This document shows positions 47,257-57,362 of a DNA stretch of 64,000 nucleotides, in pieces. How positions within the stretch are numbered: position 1 is the first letter of the stretch; each line of letters starts with the position of its first letter. Position numbers and translations under genes: made by a program. The DNA lies in NCBI GenBank assembly GCA_963813895.1, contig CAWFAS010000001.1, positions 473,290-537,289 of the forward strand, in the 5' to 3' direction. Below the pieces are notes generated by a model, which made no database searches, was not told where the DNA came from, and worked only from the letters and a program-made list of their open reading frames with translations. This DNA comes from an uncultured Gammaproteobacteria bacterium. Lineage in GTDB: Bacteria > Pseudomonadota > Gammaproteobacteria > JAURND01.

Positions 47257-48917
47257 AACACTTACATATCAAACACTTTACGATCATTACGGAACATGAG
47301 TTGGAATTAGGCAGTGGGCTTACGGTACTGACAGGAGAAACTGGCGCGGGAAAATCTATCTTAATAGATGCCTTGGGCATTGTCCTGGGACAACGAGCGG
47401 ATGCCTCACTCATACAAAATAGTCGCGATCGCTGTGAAGTAACGGCTATTTTTGAGATAAGTAATATTAAAGCAGCTCAAGAATGGCTCACTGAGCAGGA
47501 ATTTGATGAAGGGGAAGAATGTTTGATCCGGCGGGTAATTAATCGTGATGGTCGTTCGCGCAATACTATCAATGGACGGCCATGCACGGTACAACAAGTG
47601 CGGGAATTGGCAACTTTATTAGTTCATATTCACGGCCAGAATCAGCATTCATTGCTATTAAAAGCCGATTATCAGCGCCAGATATTGGATAGTTTTGCGG
47701 GCCATGAGGACCTCTATCAGCCAGTGCGCGACTGTTATGCAAACTGGCGACAACTGCAACAAGCATTAGGGGCGATCGAGGCTGCTGACGATTATAGTTC
47801 CCAACAAGAACTGTTGAATTTTCAGTTACAGGAATTTATTCAATTGGATTTGCAGCCCGCGGAGCTAGTGAAGCTAAATCAGGAACAGCAGACTCTGGCG
47901 TATGCAGAGCAATGGCTTATGTCTTGTCAGCAAGTCATTGCCCTGCTCGCCGAAGATGAATGCAGTCCAGTATTAACGAGTTTATATTCCGCCAAGCAAC
48001 TATTGAACAATCTCTCAGGCGCCAACCCCAATCTGTCAGCCGCTGGTGAACTATTGCAGCAGGCCATTATTCAATCCGAAGAAGCTATCAACGAAGTCCG
48101 TAAAGCACAAAATACCATAGAACCCGATCCACAGCGTCTGACTGCAATTGATCAGCGTTTGGCCCTCATCCAGGATTTAGCTCGTAAACATCGCGTTGAA
48201 CCCGAAGCCCTATTGCAAAAACAACAAAAAATCAGTGAACAATTACAACAACTCTGCTCGCGGGATGAACGGCTAGCCCTGTTAAAGCTGCAAATCGCCG
48301 ATAAAGTTGCCCAATATAAAACTGCAGCTAAAAAACTCACCGCCAGCCGCGATAAGGCGGCGCAACGCTTAAGTAAGGCGGTTTCGGAGCAAATGCGTGT
48401 TCTGGGTATGCCTAATGGTCGATTCACCGTCCAATTAACCTCCCAAAATAGGGATAGTCCGCACCCTTATGGAGATGAGGGGGTGGAATTTTTAGTAACT
48501 GCCAATGCTGGGCAGCCCTTGCAACCCTTAAGTAAAGTAGTCTCTGGTGGCGAATTATCACGTATTTCTTTGGCCATGCAAGTAATAACTGCTAAAGCCA
48601 ATGCAGCTCCGACCCTTATTTTCGATGAGGTTGATGCGGGAGTAGGCGGTCGAACAGCGGAAATTGTAGGGCAACAATTGAAAAAATTAGGCCAAGCAGC
48701 CCAGGTGTTATGCGTGACCCACTTGCCCCAGGTGGCCGCTCAAGGAGACCTGCACCTATACATCCAAAAAGTGGAAAAAAATAATGCGGTAGAGACAGTG
48801 ATTCAGCCTTTAGGCTCTATGGAAAAAATTGCCGAGATTGCACGTATGCTGGGAGGAGTGACCATCACTGAGAAAACGCTGGCTCATGCTAGGGAGATGT
48901 TGGGGATAGAGGTTTAA
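47250..48917 (+). CDS. recN: DNA repair protein RecN
   Basis: 555 aa. Walker A (GETGAGKSILIDAL), a long coiled-coil, and a C-terminal signature LSKVVSGGELSRISLAM, plus Walker B (LIFDEVDAGVGG). Confidence 0.93.
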   Translation: MLKHLHIKHFTIITEHELELGSGLTVLTGETGAGKSILIDALGIVLGQRADASLIQNSRDRCEVTAIFEISNIKAAQEWLTEQEFDEGEECLIRRVINRDGRSRNTINGRPCTVQQVRELATLLVHIHGQNQHSLLLKADYQRQILDSFAGHEDLYQPVRDCYANWRQLQQALGAIEAADDYSSQQELLNFQLQEFIQLDLQPAELVKLNQEQQTLAYAEQWLMSCQQVIALLAEDECSPVLTSLYSAKQLLNNLSGANPNLSAAGELLQQAIIQSEEAINEVRKAQNTIEPDPQRLTAIDQRLALIQDLARKHRVEPEALLQKQQKISEQLQQLCSRDERLALLKLQIADKVAQYKTAAKKLTASRDKAAQRLSKAVSEQMRVLGMPNGRFTVQLTSQNRDSPHPYGDEGVEFLVTANAGQPLQPLSKVVSGGELSRISLAMQVITAKANAAPTLIFDEVDAGVGGRTAEIVGQQLKKLGQAAQVLCVTHLPQVAAQGDLHLYIQKVEKNNAVETVIQPLGSMEKIAEIARMLGGVTITEKTLAHAREMLGIEV

Positions 48918-49055
48918 AAGTAGACAGGCCGGGTACTACGGCCCCTCCTTTAACAAGCCTGTGAAATGGGTTATTATGCGGCAGCAATAAATAACTCACC
49001 CGATCAGAGATCGGACGCTCTACACGATTCAATAAAATTTTGTTTGGATACCATT

Positions 49056-49376
49056 ATGCGCAGGCTAACAATAATAAGTTTATGTTTAACTAGTTTTTTA
49101 CTGGCTTCCTGTTCGTGGATACATCCCTACCAACCCAGCGTACAACAAGGGAATATTTTAACCAATACACAATTGGAACGGGTGCGGGTGGGAATGAGTA
49201 AGGACCAAGTAGAAGAAGTATTGGGATCACCCGTTCTGGTAAATACTTTTAATGATAATTACTGGCCTTATGTTTATACCTACCAGCGTAATGGCGGCCC
49301 CATTATTAAAAAGCAGCTGGATTTGTATTTTAGTAATGACCGTTTGGTGCGCATAGAAGGAAATTATCGACAATAG
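49056..49376 (+). CDS. bamE: Outer membrane protein assembly factor BamE (SmpA/OmlA lipoprotein)
   Basis: Lipobox LLASC. BamE fold motifs present (GNILTNTQLERVRVGMSKDQVEEVLGSP, YWPYVY). Start chosen at MRRLTIISL. The track ORF begins 90 nt upstream with no support. Confidence 0.85.
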   Translation: MRRLTIISLCLTSFLLASCSWIHPYQPSVQQGNILTNTQLERVRVGMSKDQVEEVLGSPVLVNTFNDNYWPYVYTYQRNGGPIIKKQLDLYFSNDRLVRIEGNYRQ

Positions 49377-49380
49377 TGAT

Positions 49381-49492
49381 CTGTCATCCTGAACAAGCTG
49401 TCATCCTGAACGCAGTGAAGGATCTCCATAGGGTGGCTTTTCAGCAATATGTGCCACCATACGGAGATCCTTCACTGTGTTCAGGATGACAG
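49381..49492. repeat. Family B-type element with the same 14-bp terminal repeats but a different palindromic interior. The left terminal repeat is tandemly duplicated.
   Basis: Sequence is CTGTCATCCTGAAC aag CTGTCATCCTGAAC, then the palindrome GCAGTGAAGGATCTCCATAGGGTGGC ... GCCACCATACGGAGATCCTTCACTG, then GTTCAGGATGACAG. It begins 5 nt after the bamE stop. Confidence 0.75.
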
Positions 49493-49503
49493 CATACCCA
49501 ATC

Positions 49504-51333
49504 TCACTCCACCGTCACAGATTTAGCCAAATTGCGTGGCTGGTCTACATCAGTCCCCTTCAAAACTGCCACATGATAGGCCAGCATCTGTAACGGAATT
49601 GTATAGACGATGGGCGCAACAATGCTCCCTGTGTGCGGCATGGGAATTAGAGTTACATCAGCGGATTCTGCAAATGTTTGACCCGCTTCTCCGAACACAA
49701 TCAGCTGGCCGCCACGTGCGCGTACTTCTTGTAGATTGGAAGTTAATTTTTCTAATAAGCTATCATGTGGGGCAACCGCAATAACTAGCATATTTTCATC
49801 AACTAATGCCAAAGGCCCATGTTTAAGTTCACCTGCGGGATAGGCTTCAGCATGGATGTAGGACAATTCTTTAAGTTTCAGTGCGCCCTCCATGGCGATC
49901 GGATATTCAATGCCGCGTCCTAAAAATAAAGCGTGTTGTTTCTCCACAAATCTTTTAGCCAATTCAGCAATGGTTTTATCCAGCAATAAAACTTGTTTAA
50001 TTTGGGTTGCCAGATCACGTAATTGCGCAACAACCTCTGTTTCCTTGTCCGCAGTGACTTTATAACGCCTGCCCAATACAGTAGTTAACATTAAGAGCGC
50101 TACTAATTGCGTAGTAAATGCTTTTGTAGAAGCAACCCCAATTTCTGTCCCTGCTCTCGTCAGCAAGGTGAAATCTGCTTCACGCACAAGCGAGCTTTCT
50201 GGGGCATTGCAGATAGCTAGGGTGCTTTCATAACCTAATTCTTTTGCTTGGCGTAGCGCTGCTAATGTGTCTGCGGTTTCTCCTGATTGTGACAAAACCA
50301 CAAATAAACTTCCGGGCTGGACGACTGGCTGGCGGTAACGAAATTCGCTGGCAATTTCAACTTGGCAGGGAATTCCCGCTAGGCTTTCTAACCAATAACG
50401 CCCTACCATACCTGCATGATAGCTCGTTCCACAAGCGGCAATTTGTACTTGTTTAATTCGGTCGAAATGAGCTTCGGCTTCAATGCCAAAAGCGGGTTCC
50501 AGGATTCGGTTTTGGGTAATTCGCCCTTCCAGCGTATTGTCAACCGCAGTGGGTTGCTCAAAAATTTCTTTCAGCATAAAATGGCGATAATTGCCACGAT
50601 CTATTCCACTGTTGTCTTGTTGGGAAATATGTAGGTCGCGCTTGACCTCTTGTCCTTTGATATTATAAATAGTTACATTGTGCTGACTCACGTCAGCGAT
50701 GTCGCCATCCTGCAGAAACATAAACTGGTTGGTGACTGGTAATAAGGCGAAACTGTCAGAGGCAATAAAATTGGCCCTCTCGGTAATTCCAATGGCCAGG
50801 GGTGGCCCGTTGCGTATAGCAATCAATCGTTCCGGTTCGCGGCGATTTAACACCACTAATGCAAATGCGCCCTCCAATTGCTGCGCTACCAGCCGCACGG
50901 CGGTTAAAAAGTCATGTTGCTGCAGGTAATGATGTATGAGATGGGCAGCTACCTCCGTATCTGTTTCGGAGGAAAATTCATATCCTTGCTCAATTAATTT
51001 TGGCCGGAAATGATCATGGTTTTCAATGATACCATTGTGAACAATAGCAATATCACTCAGCGAAAGAATGGGGTGGGCGTTTTGTTCAGAAGGCACGCCA
51101 TGTGTTGCCCAGCGGGTATGGGCTATACCGGTACAACCGGTCACAGGATGCTCTTGCAGCGCTGCTTGCAATCGAGACACCTTACCCTCAATACGCACTC
51201 GCTGAATTTCTCCAGTAGAATCCAACACCGCTATTCCAGCTGAATCATAACCACGATAAGCCAGCCGTTTCAAACCTTCTAAGAGGATGGGTGCTACATT
51301 CTGCGCTGCCGCAGCTCCGACGATGCCACACAT
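49504..51333 (-). CDS. glmS: Glutamine--fructose-6-phosphate aminotransferase (isomerising)
   Basis: 609 aa. N-terminus MCGIVGA is the Ntn amidotransferase start. Two SIS domains follow, ending ...VDQPRNLAKSVTVE. Confidence 0.95.
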   Translation of the reverse strand: MCGIVGAAAAQNVAPILLEGLKRLAYRGYDSAGIAVLDSTGEIQRVRIEGKVSRLQAALQEHPVTGCTGIAHTRWATHGVPSEQNAHPILSLSDIAIVHNGIIENHDHFRPKLIEQGYEFSSETDTEVAAHLIHHYLQQHDFLTAVRLVAQQLEGAFALVVLNRREPERLIAIRNGPPLAIGITERANFIASDSFALLPVTNQFMFLQDGDIADVSQHNVTIYNIKGQEVKRDLHISQQDNSGIDRGNYRHFMLKEIFEQPTAVDNTLEGRITQNRILEPAFGIEAEAHFDRIKQVQIAACGTSYHAGMVGRYWLESLAGIPCQVEIASEFRYRQPVVQPGSLFVVLSQSGETADTLAALRQAKELGYESTLAICNAPESSLVREADFTLLTRAGTEIGVASTKAFTTQLVALLMLTTVLGRRYKVTADKETEVVAQLRDLATQIKQVLLLDKTIAELAKRFVEKQHALFLGRGIEYPIAMEGALKLKELSYIHAEAYPAGELKHGPLALVDENMLVIAVAPHDSLLEKLTSNLQEVRARGGQLIVFGEAGQTFAESADVTLIPMPHTGSIVAPIVYTIPLQMLAYHVAVLKGTDVDQPRNLAKSVTVE

Positions 51334-51392
51334 AGACTATCTCCTGTAAATTATGCTGTAGGATACCTTATAATATAGTTTTTTAGCAATTT

Positions 51393-51422
51393 CACCGAGC
51401 CGCAACCGTTACGGAGCGTTTA
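51393..51422. repeat. Family B half-element (CACCGAGCCGCAACCGTTACGGAGCGTTTA), a single arm
   Basis: Matches the left arm of the 26192 / 41303 / 44064 elements with 3 mismatches. No partner arm is present, so it is probably a decayed copy. Confidence 0.55.
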
Positions 51423-51470
51423 TTGTTAAACCTCGGCCATAACCTTAATTGAATTAGCGCGGATCTAGCA

Positions 51471-52544
51471 CTAGGATGAATGCAACACCCAGCCACATAG
51501 CTTATAGAGTAAGCGTGCTCCAACATTTGCATCCCATTCGGAGGCGGTATCTGGTTGTGTATTCGGGGAATTAGGAGGGGAGCCAGGAGCGATTTCATTC
51601 AAATCAAAGCCAATGATCCTGCGGCCTGATAAGGCAACTTGTTTAATTAAATATAAAGCTTCACTTAATTCAAGGCCCCCTGGTACTGGCGTGCCGGTAT
51701 GAGGGCAGAAGCGTGGGTCCAGGCCATCGATATCAAACGAAATGTAAACTTGTTGTGGCAATTGCGCGATAATCTGCTGACAGATATCAGACCAGCTAAT
51801 GCCGCTGAGTTTCTGCTCTACCATGGCTGTATCATAAAAAACTGCGACTCGCTCCGGAAAACGGCTCATAAATTCATATTCTTCTTCGCAAAAATCACGA
51901 ATACCCACTTGCACCAGTTTAGCTAGAGATGTTTTGGTTAAGACGTTGTACATGATAGAGGCATGGGAATACTCAAAGCCTTCATAAGCCTGGCGCATAT
52001 CCGCGTGGGCATCAAAATGTAGAATCCCCATATCAGGATATTGTTCCAAAAATGCTTTAATGGCACCCAAGGGAATAGCATGGTCACCACCCACAAGGCC
52101 CACGCATTTTCCTTGCTGCAGCAAATGCTGGGTTTGTGTGTAAACATAATCGTTTAAACGAGCGCTATAGTCATTTACTAGTTGAATGTCTGATTGTAGT
52201 TCGAAATCGTTTTCATCCAGATTACCGCCGACGGCAATAACCTTTTGGGCATGTTGGCGGGCTAAGGTATTCCACTGCTGCACATTGCTTGATTCCTCTG
52301 CCATAGCGATACCTGCGCTATAAAAATTACCTAAATCATAATCAAACAGATCAACCTGCTTGCTAGCCTGCATAATGGCTTGTGGGGCATTGGCTGTGCC
52401 ACCACCATAAGAGGTGGTTGCCTCCCAGGGGACTGGCAGCAATACTAATCGCGCTTCTTGCACGGTATAGGGTAAGCCGAAGATGCCGGAATTTTTAGTG
52501 GCGGCAGCGTTTGGGTCAAAAGTTTTCAAGGACTTCTTCTCCAA
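51471..52544 (-). CDS. Arginase/agmatinase/formiminoglutamase-family ureohydrolase (agmatinase-like)
   Basis: 357 aa. Binuclear-Mn ligand motifs are present in order (GGDHAIP, HFDAHADM, SFDIDGLDP). Confidence 0.75.
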   Translation of the reverse strand: MEKKSLKTFDPNAAATKNSGIFGLPYTVQEARLVLLPVPWEATTSYGGGTANAPQAIMQASKQVDLFDYDLGNFYSAGIAMAEESSNVQQWNTLARQHAQKVIAVGGNLDENDFELQSDIQLVNDYSARLNDYVYTQTQHLLQQGKCVGLVGGDHAIPLGAIKAFLEQYPDMGILHFDAHADMRQAYEGFEYSHASIMYNVLTKTSLAKLVQVGIRDFCEEEYEFMSRFPERVAVFYDTAMVEQKLSGISWSDICQQIIAQLPQQVYISFDIDGLDPRFCPHTGTPVPGGLELSEALYLIKQVALSGRRIIGFDLNEIAPGSPPNSPNTQPDTASEWDANVGARLLYKLCGWVLHSS

Positions 52545-52545
52545 T

Positions 52546-53880
52546 TTATAGAATATACCTGCTTAAATCCTCGTTCTTTAACAAAGTAGTTAGTTGTTTA
52601 TCAACGTAATCTGCCGTAACTGTTAAAGATTCCCCACTGCGGTCAGTTGCATCGAAAGAAATGCTCTCCAGCAGACGTTCCAGGATAGTATATAAACGTC
52701 TGGCACCAATATTTTCTGAGCGCTCATTCACTTGGAAGGCAATCTCTGCAATGCGGCGAATGCCGTCAGGAGCAAAGTCTAATTTAAATCCTTCAGTACC
52801 CATTAATTCAGTATATTGAGTGACCAAAGAGGCTTGGGGTTCGGTAAGGATGCGGGCAAAGTCATCTGTGGTTAGGGCCTTCAACTCAACGCGGATAGGC
52901 AACCTGCCTTGTAATTCTGGCACTAAATCTGAGGGCTTAGATAAGTGAAAAGCGCCGGAAGCGATAAACAAAATATGGTCCGATTTCACCATGCCATATT
53001 TGGTGGATACCGTTGATCCTTCTACCAATGGTAGCAGATCGCGTTGTACGCCTTCGCGTGAAACATCAGCGCCACCGTATTCACTGCCGCGGCGCACAAT
53101 TTTGTCAATTTCATCAATGAATACGATACCATTTTGTTCTACACTTTCAACGGCCAACTTGCGGATTTCATCTTCATTTACTAGTTTGGCGGCCTCTTCA
53201 TCACTTAATTGCTGCAATGCATCTTTAATCTTCATCTTGCGTCGTTTAGTGCGCTCTCCGGCCAGAGATTGGAACATGGTTTGTAGCTGGTTGGTCATTT
53301 CTTCCATACCAGGGGGGGCCATAATTTCTACGCCAACCTGCGAACTCACTTCGATTTCAATTTCCGTGTCATCTAATTGGCCTTCGCGCAATCTTTTGCG
53401 AAATAGTTGTCGAGTTGCGGAGTCTTTTTCTTTTTCAAGATCAATAGTGGGTTTGGTAGTAAGAGTGGAACGCGCTGGCGTGAGTAAAACGTCAAGAATA
53501 CGTTCTTCAGCAATTTCTTCGGCGCGGGTGCGTACTTTTTCCATTTCGCTTTCTCGTACCAGCTTTACAGCTACATCTGCCAAATCACGGATAATAGATT
53601 CAACGTCACGTCCCACATAGCCAACTTCGGTAAATTTCGTGGCCTCTACTTTGATGAAAGGTGCTTTGGCTAACTCTGCCAGGCGACGGGCAATCTCGGT
53701 TTTACCTACACCGGTCGGGCCGATCATTAGAATATTTTTTGGAGTGATTTCTTTAGCCAGTTCAGCGGGTAGCTGTATACGACGCCAGCGGTTACGCAAT
53801 GCAATAGCCACCGCGCGTTTTGCCTCATCCTGCCCTATGATATATTTGTTTAATTCTTCGACAATTTCTCGAGGGGTCAT
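52546..53880 (-). CDS. hslU: ATP-dependent protease ATPase subunit HslU
   Basis: [34 protein letters not shown], then [15 protein letters not shown], is nearly identical to the E. coli HslU N-terminus. The start could instead be the upstream ATG at 53925, which adds 15 aa and is what the track shows. Neither has a strong Shine-Dalgarno. Confidence 0.9.
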   Translation of the reverse strand: MTPREIVEELNKYIIGQDEAKRAVAIALRNRWRRIQLPAELAKEITPKNILMIGPTGVGKTEIARRLAELAKAPFIKVEATKFTEVGYVGRDVESIIRDLADVAVKLVRESEMEKVRTRAEEIAEERILDVLLTPARSTLTTKPTIDLEKEKDSATRQLFRKRLREGQLDDTEIEIEVSSQVGVEIMAPPGMEEMTNQLQTMFQSLAGERTKRRKMKIKDALQQLSDEEAAKLVNEDEIRKLAVESVEQNGIVFIDEIDKIVRRGSEYGGADVSREGVQRDLLPLVEGSTVSTKYGMVKSDHILFIASGAFHLSKPSDLVPELQGRLPIRVELKALTTDDFARILTEPQASLVTQYTELMGTEGFKLDFAPDGIRRIAEIAFQVNERSENIGARRLYTILERLLESISFDATDRSGESLTVTADYVDKQLTTLLKNEDLSRYIL

Positions 53881-53990
53881 AGTAGATTGGATATCAATAG
53901 AAATTTGTCTATGTCTATATGCCATTTTATATTCTCTGTAGTGGGTTTAGGTTGGGCGGTTGCGTTTAGAATGACAAATAATTTTTTGAA

Positions 53991-54542
53991 CTAAACAGTC
54001 TCTGTAGGAAGCTCTTCTATCACGAAGTTTTTATTAGTAAAAATGCAAATTTCCGCTGCGACGGTCAATGATTTTTCGACAATGTCGCGCGCTCCTAGCT
54101 CAGTATGGCGTAGCAAAGCCCGGGCTGCAGACTCAGCAAAAGCGCCTCCTGAACCAATGGCCATGATGCCTTCTTCAGGTTCAATAACATCGCCAAGGCC
54201 TGTAATAACTAAAGAGTTTTTGGCATCAGCAACTGCAAGTAATGCTTCTAGCCTGCGCAACATTTTATCAGTGCGCCAATCCTTTGCTAACTCAACTGCA
54301 GCACGAGTCAGGTTTCCAGCGTGCTTTTCAAGTTTAGCCTCAAATAATTCCAATAAGGTGAAAGCATCTGCAGTGCCGCCTGCGAAACCAGCGATGACTT
54401 TGTCATTGTATAAGCGCCGTACTTTGCGGGCATTGCTTTTCATAACCATTGATTTGCCCATCGTCACTTGGCCATCACCGCCAATAACTACTCGATTGCC
54501 ACGTCTTACGGAAAGGATGGTGGTGCCCCTGAATTGTTCCAA
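53991..54542 (-). CDS. hslV: ATP-dependent protease peptidase subunit HslV
   Basis: 183 aa. The N-terminal Thr nucleophile is in context ([21 protein letters not shown]). Confidence 0.93.
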   Translation of the reverse strand: MEQFRGTTILSVRRGNRVVIGGDGQVTMGKSMVMKSNARKVRRLYNDKVIAGFAGGTADAFTLLELFEAKLEKHAGNLTRAAVELAKDWRTDKMLRRLEALLAVADAKNSLVITGLGDVIEPEEGIMAIGSGGAFAESAARALLRHTELGARDIVEKSLTVAAEICIFTNKNFVIEELPTETV

Positions 54543-54690
54543 AGGAAGTCTCCTATGATTTTTTATAAAAGGGATCTATATCAACTATATATGGTCAGTA
54601 ATAGGGATTATTTCAAGAGCTTGGGCAGAGTTCAATTGAATTAGGGTTGGTTGGCATAGCGGGGGAGCTGTGACGACACACCCTAGTAGA

Positions 54691-55443
54691 CTAGGGTTGT
54701 TTAATCATAATGCTCGCAACATTGTTCTGTCGTAAAGCTTGTTGTTTCTCTAGCGCCAGCTGTTTAGAGGAAAAAGGCCCTACATAGACCCGGTTCCAAG
54801 GCTGACCATCTAAAGTATTTTTTTGAATAGTCACACTGAATCCAAGCATTGAAAGCTGGGCTTTAAGTCTGTCCGCATCGCTATAGTTTTTTACCGATGC
54901 TACTTGCAACACATAACTGCCAGCATGGGCCGAATTTTCTTCTTGCGACCTTATGGCTTTGGCAGAAGTTGGCGCAGGGGATGAAGAGGGTTCAGAAGGA
55001 GCAGTTGCTTCTCTGGGCACAATGGAAGTGGAAGGTCTGGTGGTCACTGCGGGAGTATTTGCTGTAGCAGCCACTGGTGGGGAAGACGGCTTTCTTGTTG
55101 GGGGCGTGGATGAATCAATGGGGATATTGCTAGAATCTACCTGCATTTTTGGCAGAACAGTGTAGAAGTCAAATTGTGGAGCGTGCGATTGACCGGCAAC
55201 TGTATCCGAGCTGGCGTTTTGTCTTTTAGAGGCTAAATGAGGGTGTCGCGGTTGAGGTGATTCTTGCTTGAGCGGGGCTATTTCATGGGCATACTCCCAA
55301 AAAATAGCTAAAGCTATAGTTACTCCAAGTAAAATTCCAATAATTGCCCATTTTAGGCCATTTGGAGCATTTTTGGCTGATGGTTTTTCATAACGGCGTG
55401 TTGTCGTGCGGCTTGGTCTGGTTTTGCGGTAATCTCTGGCCAT
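54691..55443 (-). CDS. ftsN: Cell division protein FtsN-like (SPOR domain)
   Basis: N-terminal MARDYRK...R-rich cytoplasmic tail, a single TM helix (WAIIGILLGVTIALAIF), a Pro/Ser/Thr-rich linker and a C-terminal SPOR domain (YVLQVASVKNYSDADRLKAQLSMLGF). It sits upstream of hslVU, as in E. coli. Confidence 0.8.
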   Translation of the reverse strand: MARDYRKTRPSRTTTRRYEKPSAKNAPNGLKWAIIGILLGVTIALAIFWEYAHEIAPLKQESPQPRHPHLASKRQNASSDTVAGQSHAPQFDFYTVLPKMQVDSSNIPIDSSTPPTRKPSSPPVAATANTPAVTTRPSTSIVPREATAPSEPSSSPAPTSAKAIRSQEENSAHAGSYVLQVASVKNYSDADRLKAQLSMLGFSVTIQKNTLDGQPWNRVYVGPFSSKQLALEKQQALRQNNVASIMIKQP

Positions 55444-55457
55444 ATAGGGTTTCACAT

Positions 55458-56867
55458 TTAATGTTGCAGCGGTGGTAGTACCGCAGCTTCCTGGGTGACG
55501 GGAACGCCATTCGCCATGAGCTGCTTATTTTTATAACTTATCTCTGACTGATAACTGTCATCTTCTGGGGTTAACCACTTATTTTGCACCCATTTTTTTA
55601 TTTGCTGATTAGCATGTTGTTCTACTGCGGTGGGGGTATTGGCTAAATTATCAGTAGCGGTGATCCCCAGTAAACGGCCCACAGCACTTTGGTTAAAGTA
55701 ACTTATGAGTCCTGAAAGCATCGGAGCGGGTATTTTTAAATGTGCTGTTGCCTCTAAATAATCTAAAAAAGTTTTCAAGTTGGTTGCCATAGCACTTTGC
55801 GGTGTTAACTTGAGCTGTATAGTTGCCGCAAAGATACCTGATGGCATGACTAAATTCAATTTGTCGATGTTAAAATCTAGGCCCTTGCTGACCAACATCA
55901 TAAATAAATCATTATATAATAAAAGTTGCGTGGTCGAGAGGGCTTCAGCACTTGTAATTTGCGTAAGTTCTTTACGTATGGCTAATAAAGTCGGCACGTC
56001 CAATTGATTGATAATCAATTTTATTTGGTGCGGTCCATAGCTACCGTTATCAAAAACAATTTTATTCAAAATGGCATTTAATCTATAACTCATTTTAGCG
56101 CTTTGCTCTGCACTTTGTGATTGCATCGTAAGTCCATCTAGCTGTATACGGGAGCTATGGTCGATGGTTTCCCAGGATACATTACCGATTTTCGTTGTTC
56201 TCCAGCCAAGAAAAAGGCCGCTTGGAGTTTTGCGTAAGCTGAATTGTTCGCTTAAATTAGTTATTTGTTGCAAAAATTCTGGGGTAGTGATGTTTCCCGT
56301 AGGGGATTCAATGCTGGCGAAGATTTGGTTCATGTTAGGTGATAAAAGTAAGGTGGCGGTGAGAGAGGTCAGCTGTGCAGTTATTCCTTTACCTTGATTA
56401 TTAAGATGTAAATTGGGTGCATTAATAGCAGTTAATAGGGACCCATCTAATTCGGCAAAAGTGATGGTATCAATCAGGCCCAGGGCGGTTTTGATAGTGC
56501 TTTTAATGACAGCTCTTCCCAATAAAAACCGATCTTTTGCTTCTTGTGGAGAAACCCATAGAAAAGGGCCGTGTTCTATGTGTTGATTAAGGGTGAGTGG
56601 AATGGCTCCGGGATTTTCATTGCCGAGCCATTTTTTGATTTCCATCAGGGTGGGATAGCTCAGGTCTACCTGAACTACTGCATCGGAGTTGAACCAGCCG
56701 CGTTTATAGCTCACCAGTTTCAGCTTTATATTTTCTTCCCTAGACCAAGTCTCTAAAACTTGTGAATATTTTTTTTCTACAGCCATTCCCATGGCAAGAG
56801 GAAGCAGGGCAGTGATAATAACAATGATAATCACAGCGACGGATGTCCATATCAACCATTTCTTCAT
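55458..56867 (-). CDS. YdgA-like (DUF945) protein, N-terminally membrane anchored
   Basis: 469 aa. N-terminal TM helix, then the YKRGWFNSD motif equivalent to E. coli YdgA YHRGVFSS. Overall length and periodicity are similar. Confidence 0.7.
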   Translation of the reverse strand: MKKWLIWTSVAVIIIVIITALLPLAMGMAVEKKYSQVLETWSREENIKLKLVSYKRGWFNSDAVVQVDLSYPTLMEIKKWLGNENPGAIPLTLNQHIEHGPFLWVSPQEAKDRFLLGRAVIKSTIKTALGLIDTITFAELDGSLLTAINAPNLHLNNQGKGITAQLTSLTATLLLSPNMNQIFASIESPTGNITTPEFLQQITNLSEQFSLRKTPSGLFLGWRTTKIGNVSWETIDHSSRIQLDGLTMQSQSAEQSAKMSYRLNAILNKIVFDNGSYGPHQIKLIINQLDVPTLLAIRKELTQITSAEALSTTQLLLYNDLFMMLVSKGLDFNIDKLNLVMPSGIFAATIQLKLTPQSAMATNLKTFLDYLEATAHLKIPAPMLSGLISYFNQSAVGRLLGITATDNLANTPTAVEQHANQQIKKWVQNKWLTPEDDSYQSEISYKNKQLMANGVPVTQEAAVLPPLQH

Positions 56868-56874
56868 TAGCTAA

Positions 56875-57066
56875 CCTCAGGGCTTGTGCAAGAATAATTC
56901 TTCACATTAGGCGCTCATTATGGCATCATCTTCAAGCGCTCCTCAATCGAAAAACCTCGAAAGACGTCAAGTATTCCTGCGATTTTTCGTGATGAAGGTG
57001 CGTTTAAATCTAATACCCTGACTTCCCGCCTAATGTGAAGAATTATTCTTGCACAAGCCCTTAGGC
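56875..57066. repeat. Family C1 element: 35-bp perfect terminal inverted repeats (AGGGCTTGTGCAAGAATAATTCTTCACATTAGGCG ... reverse complement) flanking about 113 bp of non-palindromic interior
   Basis: Read directly from the sequence. The interior contains a 33-codon ATG-initiated reading frame of doubtful significance. Confidence 0.75.
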
Positions 57067-57352
57067 TCTGTAAAACAATAACCTATCTTTTTAACATCCC
57101 ATCTAAGACCCATCTTCGCAGGCGGGAGGGGATAGAAAAACACTTACATAGAACAACCGACGTAGTCGTCCCGGCATGGAAGCCGGGATCCAGATCGCAG
57201 GAAGTGAAAGTTTCGCTTTCCTGCGCCCTGGATCCCGGCTTCCTGCCGGGACGACGTTCCGTCGACTATGCGCGCATTTTTCTACCCCCTCCCGTCTGCA
57301 AATCTGAGTCTCATCTGGGCGCTAAAAAGATAGGTTATTGTTTTACAGAGCC
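57064..57352. repeat. Family C2 element: a 290-bp multiply nested imperfect palindrome with 30-bp terminal inverted repeats GGCTCTGTAAAACAATAACCTATCTTTTTA
   Basis: Three tiers of inverted symmetry (outer repeats; GGCGGGAGGGGATAGAAAAA / TTTTTCTACCCCCTCCCGTC; inner CGACGTAGTCGTCCCGG...CCGGGACGACGTTCCGTCG) around a central GCAGGAAGTGAAAGTTTCGCTTTCCTGC hairpin. It abuts C1 and ends 11 nt before the argS start codon. Confidence 0.8.
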
Positions 57353-57362
57353 TTAATGCGAA

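Noticed and set aside
49504-51470. glmS ribozyme in the glmS leader
   Set aside because: The glmS ribozyme is a Gram-positive feature. The leader here is occupied by a family B repeat fragment and shows no ribozyme core.
52991-53620. 209-aa plus-strand ORF rich in Ser/Arg
   Set aside because: It is antisense to the highly conserved hslU coding region and has a repetitive SR/ST composition typical of antisense frames.
54043-54558. 171-aa plus-strand ORF
   Set aside because: It is antisense to hslV, with no independent signals.
56914-57026. 33-codon ATG frame inside the C1 element (MASSSSAPQSKNLERRQVFLRFFVMKVRLNLIP)
   Set aside because: It has no Shine-Dalgarno and lies inside a repeat element. 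It is most likely fortuitous, though it could be revisited if the element proves to be transcribed.
26192-57352. Possibility that the recurring palindromes form a CRISPR array
   Set aside because: The units are inverted (hairpin) repeats scattered singly at gene ends tens of kb apart. They are not short direct repeats regularly interspaced with unique spacers, and no cas genes are present.
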